Positions 59,400 to 64,000 of a stretch of 64,000 nucleotides of DNA are shown here, one piece after another. The notes beneath the pieces were generated by a model. It made no database searches. It was not told the DNA's origin and was given only the letters and a program-made list of their open reading frames with translations. Source of the DNA: Spirochaetia bacterium (lineage in GTDB: Bacteria > Spirochaetota > Spirochaetia > SZUA-6 > Bin103); assembly GCA_965203055.1 (NCBI GenBank), contig OZ241863.1:1568001-1632000 (forward strand), written 5' to 3'. A program made the position numbers and the translations under genes. How positions within the stretch are numbered: the stretch's first letter is position 1; every line of letters starts with the position of its first letter.

Positions 59400-60109
59400 A
59401 AACCGCGCTCCAGACGGTAGCTGATGCGAATCGTGCCGGTTACCGTACGCTCGGCGGCGAACAGAATCCGGCGCAGCGCCTGCTGCGCCTCGGCGTCGAC
59501 CGTCGAGAAGCCGGAACTGCGCAGCACCTCCGCGCCGATCACCCGGCCGTCGTCCGCCACCGTCAAGCGCACTTCGACTTCCGCCTCCACGCCGCGGGTG
59601 ATCAACTCCGCGGGGTAGGGCAAGTCGATCTCGTGCCGGGGCTCCGGGAGTCCGGCGGATGACACGCGCGGCTGCGGCGGCCGCGGCGCGGAGACGCGGT
59701 CCGGTACCGGGGTGGGCGGTGCGCCGGCCGGCTGCGCGATCACTGCCAACGCCGCGGCCAGCGCTGCGGCGGGCCGCGGCGGGCTGCCGCGGTGCGCTGC
59801 CGCGCGGCCCGCCTCCGGGCGGCTCGCCACCGGCGTCTGAGCCGGCCGCGCACGGGGAGCGGCCGCGCCCGCGACCGGGTTCGGCCGCGCCGCGCCGGCC
59901 GCACTGGTTGCCGCAACCGCTGCCGGAACGGCCGGTTGCGCCGCGGCGGTGTTCGCCGCCGGCCCGCGGTCCGGCTGCGCCAGGGTCAGCCGCAACGCGG
60001 CGGCGCGCGGCTCCGCGGCGGGCTGCCGTACCAGCAGGAGCACCGCCAGCAGCAGCAGATGAAACCCCAGGCTGACTGCCAGGGCCTGGGACTCGCGGGC
60101 CGCGGTCAT
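59396..60109 (-). CDS. tonB: Energy transducer TonB
   Basis: TM helix with SxxxH (SLGFH), Pro/Ala linker, YP...RGVE..V, SSGF..VD C-terminal domain. Confidence 0.88.
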   Translation of the reverse strand: MTAARESQALAVSLGFHLLLLAVLLLVRQPAAEPRAAALRLTLAQPDRGPAANTAAAQPAVPAAVAATSAAGAARPNPVAGAAAPRARPAQTPVASRPEAGRAAAHRGSPPRPAAALAAALAVIAQPAGAPPTPVPDRVSAPRPPQPRVSSAGLPEPRHEIDLPYPAELITRGVEAEVEVRLTVADDGRVIGAEVLRSSGFSTVDAEAQQALRRILFAAERTVTGTIRISYRLERGF

Positions 60110-60531
60110 GGCGGCGCCGGGGAGCTTGCCGTGACGAGGTGGAGATCGGTGATCCCGGCGCCGCGGAGTACGTCCATTACCGCTACCAGGCGGCCGTACT
60201 GCGCGCCGGCGGCGCCGCGCAGCACGACGCGGGAGGCTGCGGCCGCCGCCGGCGCGGCCAGCGCGCGGCGGAACTGGTCGAGCGTCAGCGCCGCCGCGGC
60301 CTCCCCTTCGAGATAGATGTTGCCGGCGGCATCGACGGTGATGACCAGCGCCGCGCCGGCGGCCGGGTCCGCGGCCGCCGCGCGCGGGAGCTGCACCGGA
60401 ATGGTCGAGTGCGCGGCGAACGCGGCGTTCACCATGAAGAAGACGACGATGAGGAACACCATGTCGATGAGCGGGGTAAGGGGGAGCGCCGCCCCGGTGC
60501 TCAACGAGCTGCGGTAGTACTGCCGGTCCAC
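60106..60531 (-). CDS. exbD: ExbD/TolR protein
   Basis: LTPLIDMVFLIVVFFMV with the conserved Asp, V.LP.A, VMD.LR.AG. Confidence 0.92.
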   Translation of the reverse strand: MDRQYYRSSLSTGAALPLTPLIDMVFLIVVFFMVNAAFAAHSTIPVQLPRAAAADPAAGAALVITVDAAGNIYLEGEAAAALTLDQFRRALAAPAAAAASRVVLRGAAGAQYGRLVAVMDVLRGAGITDLHLVTASSPAPP

Positions 60532-60614
60532 CGATCATTCCCCGCCGTGCGCGGCGCGGCTAGCGTCATGATACTCGTAGATGATACCCTGTTTCGGGCG
60601 CCCGAACGGAGTGG

Positions 60615-61223
60615 TCAGTCGCGCGCGGCAAAGTATGCGGTCAACTCGCTTACGGCGATGTTGAGACGGGCGACGGTACGCTGCACGTGGGTGACGAACA
60701 GGTGATGGAACAGCGCGCTCGGTATCGCCACGGCAAGGCCGGCCGCGGTGGTGATCAACGCCTGGGCGATGCCGCCGGACAGGATGGTCAGGTCGGCGCT
60801 GCCGGCGTTGCGCATGTTGACGAACGCCGCGATCATGCCGACTACGGTGCCCAGCAGCCCCAGGAGCGTGGCGATGTTGGCGATTCCCTGCAGGTAGGAC
60901 ACGTGACGTTCCAGCGCCGCGATCTCCCGCAACACCACGTAGTCGAGGCGGTGCCGGTGGTCCGGGCGGGTGAGGCGGGGGCCGCTGCCGAGGGCGGCGG
61001 CGATCACGCGCGCTTCGGGGGAACGGGCGCCGGCCAACTCCGCGGCAAGTTCGCGCGCCGGGGTGCGCGGGAGCCGCGCTACCACCGCCGCGGCGAGTTC
61101 CGGTTCCCGGCTGCGCTGCTGCCAGTAGTACAGCGCGCGCTCCACGATCACGAACACCGCGGCCACTGACAGCAGCGCGATGGGCGCCAGCAGGAACCCG
61201 CCCTGGAGCAGCAGCGCCATCAT
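60615..61223 (-). CDS. exbB: MotA/TolQ/ExbB proton channel
   Basis: ATLLGLLGTVVGMI.AF, GIAQALITTAAGL.VAIP. Confidence 0.93.
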   Translation of the reverse strand: MMALLLQGGFLLAPIALLSVAAVFVIVERALYYWQQRSREPELAAAVVARLPRTPARELAAELAGARSPEARVIAAALGSGPRLTRPDHRHRLDYVVLREIAALERHVSYLQGIANIATLLGLLGTVVGMIAAFVNMRNAGSADLTILSGGIAQALITTAAGLAVAIPSALFHHLFVTHVQRTVARLNIAVSELTAYFAARD

Positions 61224-62643
61224 CGGGGCGCCGCCAGACGCACCACGCGGTGGGCGTACTCGACTCCCGCGAACAGCGAGAAATAGTCCTCGCGGGCGGC
61301 CTCCCGTATTCCGCCAAGGAGCTGCACCTGATGTCCGTGGACCGGCGCCCAGCGCACCCCTGCGGCGGCCGCCAGCCCGAGACTTGCGGACTCGCCGGCG
61401 AGCCAATCCTCCACGCCGTAGAGCGGCGCCTGCAGGAACTCCGCCTGCAGCAGCAGGGCAACGGACGGTTCCGCCAGGACAGGCCACACCGCATCGAGCA
61501 GCAGCCGCACGGCCGGCGCCGGCCACGTCCCCGCCCCTCCGGCGGCGACGCGCAGCGTCAAGTCGCCGGCCCGACTGCGGAGCAGCGCCGCCTCCCACTC
61601 CAGGGCCAGCAGGAGCAGCACTACGTCGTCGGGCAGCCGGTCCACGGCGCGGCGGTGAAACCGGTGGATCAGGCCGTGCGCCACCCCGAAGCGCAGCTCC
61701 AGGCTGCGGTAGTTGCCGCCCAACCACGCCAGCCAGGCGCGCTCCGGAGCCAGATCCAGGTAATCGTCCTCCCTGAACACCACGTTCGCTGCCCAGCGCG
61801 GCACCTGCAGGTAGGGGCGCAGCCCGGCTTCGAACCGCCACTCCGGCGCCGGGGTCAACGTGATCCGCCCGGCGGGCAACGGATACGCCGCGCCGGCCTG
61901 CAGCGTCACCGCCCCGCCGACGGCCAGGTCCAGGCCGGCAAGCAGTTGCCCCACGTCGAACTGCGCCGCCAGGGAAGCGCTGGAGCCGCGGCGCCAGCGG
62001 GCGTAGGTGAGCGCCGCATCGCCGGCGCCTTGCGCCGTCAGCGCGGCGTGCGCGGCCTGCGTCTGGTCGAGGAATTCGGCGAACGTCAGGTCCAGTCCGA
62101 GCTGATACCCGGGCGTCCGCAACCGGCCCCGGGCGGAGATCCGCTCCGGCCGTTCTCTGCTGAACCGTTCTCTTCTGATCGGTACGGTGGCGGCCACCTC
62201 CAGCGCCGCCTCCCGTCCCGGAGAGCCGGTTGCCAACCGCAGGGCGGCGCCCACCGCGTGCGTGTGAACCACCGGGTCCAGCGCCGCGCTCACCGCCAGG
62301 TCGCTGGTGCGCTCCACGGCGCGCGGCGCGCGCGCGCGCTGCAGGACCACCGCCGGAGGGGGCGCCGCGGCGAACCCGGACGCGGGCGTGAGCGGGGTCT
62401 GCCGCGCCGCGGCGCGGGCGCCGGCCGGCGGCGGCAGCGGAACTGCGGAGTCCGCGGGCGCCGGCCCCAGCGGCGGCAGCAGAATCAGGGGGTCCTCGGC
62501 CGTGACGGTGATCTCGGGGACCACCATCTCCGCAGCCGGGCCGGAATCCTGGGCCGGCGCCGGCCCCGCCGGCAGCGCGGCAACGACCGCGCCCAGCAGC
62601 GCGAGGCGGACCCCGGGCCGCCGGCCAGGGGCCGCGGCAACAT
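61220..62643 (-). CDS. Hypothetical outer-membrane beta-barrel-like protein with a TonB-box-like motif (start uncertain)
   Basis: Signal-peptide-like RLALLGAVVAAL..PAQ, EITVTA motif, amphipathic strands, FAGVEY near the C-terminus; stop overlaps the exbB ATG. The ATG at 62643 is one base out of frame. Confidence 0.6.
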
Positions 62644-62676
62644 GGTCAACGTGGTATACACTGGGCCGGCGCAGAG

Positions 62677-63303
62677 ATGGCGGACGCCGCGTGGGCAGGT
62701 GAGATTCTGGACCGATTCGTGGTGCTCGAAGGTCTTGACGGGGCCGGTACCACCACCCAGGTGCGGCGGCTGCGAGCCGCCCTGGAGCGGCGCGGCGAGC
62801 GCTGCCGCGCCACCGCGGAACCCACCGCCGGACCGATCGGAAAGCTGATCCGCAGCGTACTGGCGGGGCAGGCGGCGATGACCCCCTGCTCGCTGGCGCT
62901 GCTGTTCGCCGCCGACCGCAGCGAACACCTGAACGCGCCCGACGGCATCGTGGCGGCGCTGCAGGGAGGCGGCTACGTGGCCAGCGACCGCTATCTGTTC
63001 TCCAGTCTGGTATACCAGTCACTGGGGTGCCCCGCTGACTATGTTGCCGCGCTGAATGCACGCTTTCCCCTGCCCCGCCGCCTGATCTTCATCGACACGC
63101 CTCCGCAGCAATGCCAGCGGCGGATCGCCGGTCGAAGACGGCGCGAGTTGTTCGAAGATCTGTCTCTGCAGCAGCGGCTCCGCCGGCGTTACCTTGCCGT
63201 GCTCCGGCAGTTCGCCGGCTACGGGGTAACGGTGCGCCGCGTCGACGGCAACGGCTCCCGGGAAGCGGTGTTCGCCCGCATTTGGCGGCAGTTCCGGGAC
63301 TAG
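62677..63303 (+). CDS. tmk: Thymidylate kinase
   Basis: FVVLEGLDGAGTTTQ, EPT, LFAADR, DRYLFSSLVYQ. Confidence 0.95.
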   Translation: MADAAWAGEILDRFVVLEGLDGAGTTTQVRRLRAALERRGERCRATAEPTAGPIGKLIRSVLAGQAAMTPCSLALLFAADRSEHLNAPDGIVAALQGGGYVASDRYLFSSLVYQSLGCPADYVAALNARFPLPRRLIFIDTPPQQCQRRIAGRRRRELFEDLSLQQRLRRRYLAVLRQFAGYGVTVRRVDGNGSREAVFARIWRQFRD

Positions 63304-63347
63304 AGCGCGGCCAGAGCCGAGCGAGCGCTCGCATTGCACCGGCGCCG

Positions 63348-64000
63348 TCAGCGAATCAGCATGGCGTCGCCGTACGAGAAGAAGCGGTAGCGGCGCGCGA
63401 TGGCTGCGGCGTAGGCGGCGCGGATGCGATCTTCGCCGGCCAGGGCGGAAACCAGGGCCAACAGCGAGGAGCCGGGCGTGTGGAAGTTGGTCAGGAGCTG
63501 ATCCACCACCCGGAAGCGGTAGCCGGGATAGATGAACAGATCGCTGCAGCCGGCGCCCGCGCGCAGAGTGGCGCCGTCCCAGGCCGACTCCAGCGCGCGC
63601 ACCACGGTGGTGCCCACCGCCACCACCGGGCGGCGGTCGCGGCGCGCCGCCGCCACCGCCCGGGCGGTGGGTTCCGGTACTGTGAACCGTTCCCGATGCA
63701 TGGTGTGATCCTCCACCCGGGCGGTGCGGATCGGCGTAAAGGTGCCGGCGCCGACGTGCAGCGTCACCGCGGCCACGATCACCCCGCCCTGCTCCAGGCG
63801 GCGCAGCAGCGGCGGCGTGAAGTGGAGCCCCGCGGTAGGCGCGGCGGCCGAGCCGGGGTGGGCGGCGTATACGGTCTGATAGCGTTCGGCGTCGCAGCCG
63901 TCCGGGTCACGCCGGATATAGGGAGGCAGCGGCACGGCGCCGTGGCGCTCCAGGTAGCCGGCGTCGATCGGTTCGCTGAAGGTCAGGCGCACCGCGCCGC
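63348..64000 (-). CDS. queA: S-adenosylmethionine:tRNA ribosyltransferase-isomerase, 5'-truncated by the window edge
   Basis: [44 protein letters not shown]. Confidence 0.97.
   Translation of the reverse strand, partial: GAVRLTFSEPIDAGYLERHGAVPLPPYIRRDPDGCDAERYQTVYAAHPGSAAAPTAGLHFTPPLLRRLEQGGVIVAAVTLHVGAGTFTPIRTARVEDHTMHRERFTVPEPTARAVAAARRDRRPVVAVGTTVVRALESAWDGATLRAGAGCSDLFIYPGYRFRVVDQLLTNFHTPGSSLLALVSALAGEDRIRAAYAAAIARRYRFFSYGDAMLIR

Noticed and set aside
63321..63332. Palindrome GCGAGCGCTCGC between convergent tmk and queA
   Set aside because: Short, GC-rich, with no loop or U tract; plausible by chance.

Overview
High-GC bacterial chromosomal segment, most likely from a spirochaete (inferred from the 941-aa GreA with an upstream TPR partner, the tamB-bamA-skp-mutS-comF-rimP-nusA-infB-rbfA-truB-ribF-rpsO-pnp gene order, and a RibF lacking the kinase motif). 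From about 13.6 kb to the end it is mostly core housekeeping genes. The first 13.5 kb is accessory. It holds the end of an ABC transporter, a visibly lower-GC block (1.4-7.5 kb), and metabolic genes (PMM/PGM, DinB, two Gfo/Idh/MocA, an NHL-repeat protein, SRAP). The lower-GC block encodes a RapA/HepA-like SNF2 helicase whose last ~65 residues resemble the C-terminal half of a Phd/VapB antitoxin, coupled to a VapC PIN toxin with a one-base frameshift at its start, plus an orphan AAA_21-type ATPase and a PhyH dioxygenase. The second notable module is a small TonB-box outer-membrane protein with ExbB-ExbD-TonB, translationally coupled to tamB-bamA. Several genes look leaderless. No rRNA, tRNA, CRISPR array, integrase or transposase was seen. 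All family calls come from motif recognition by eye, not database searches.
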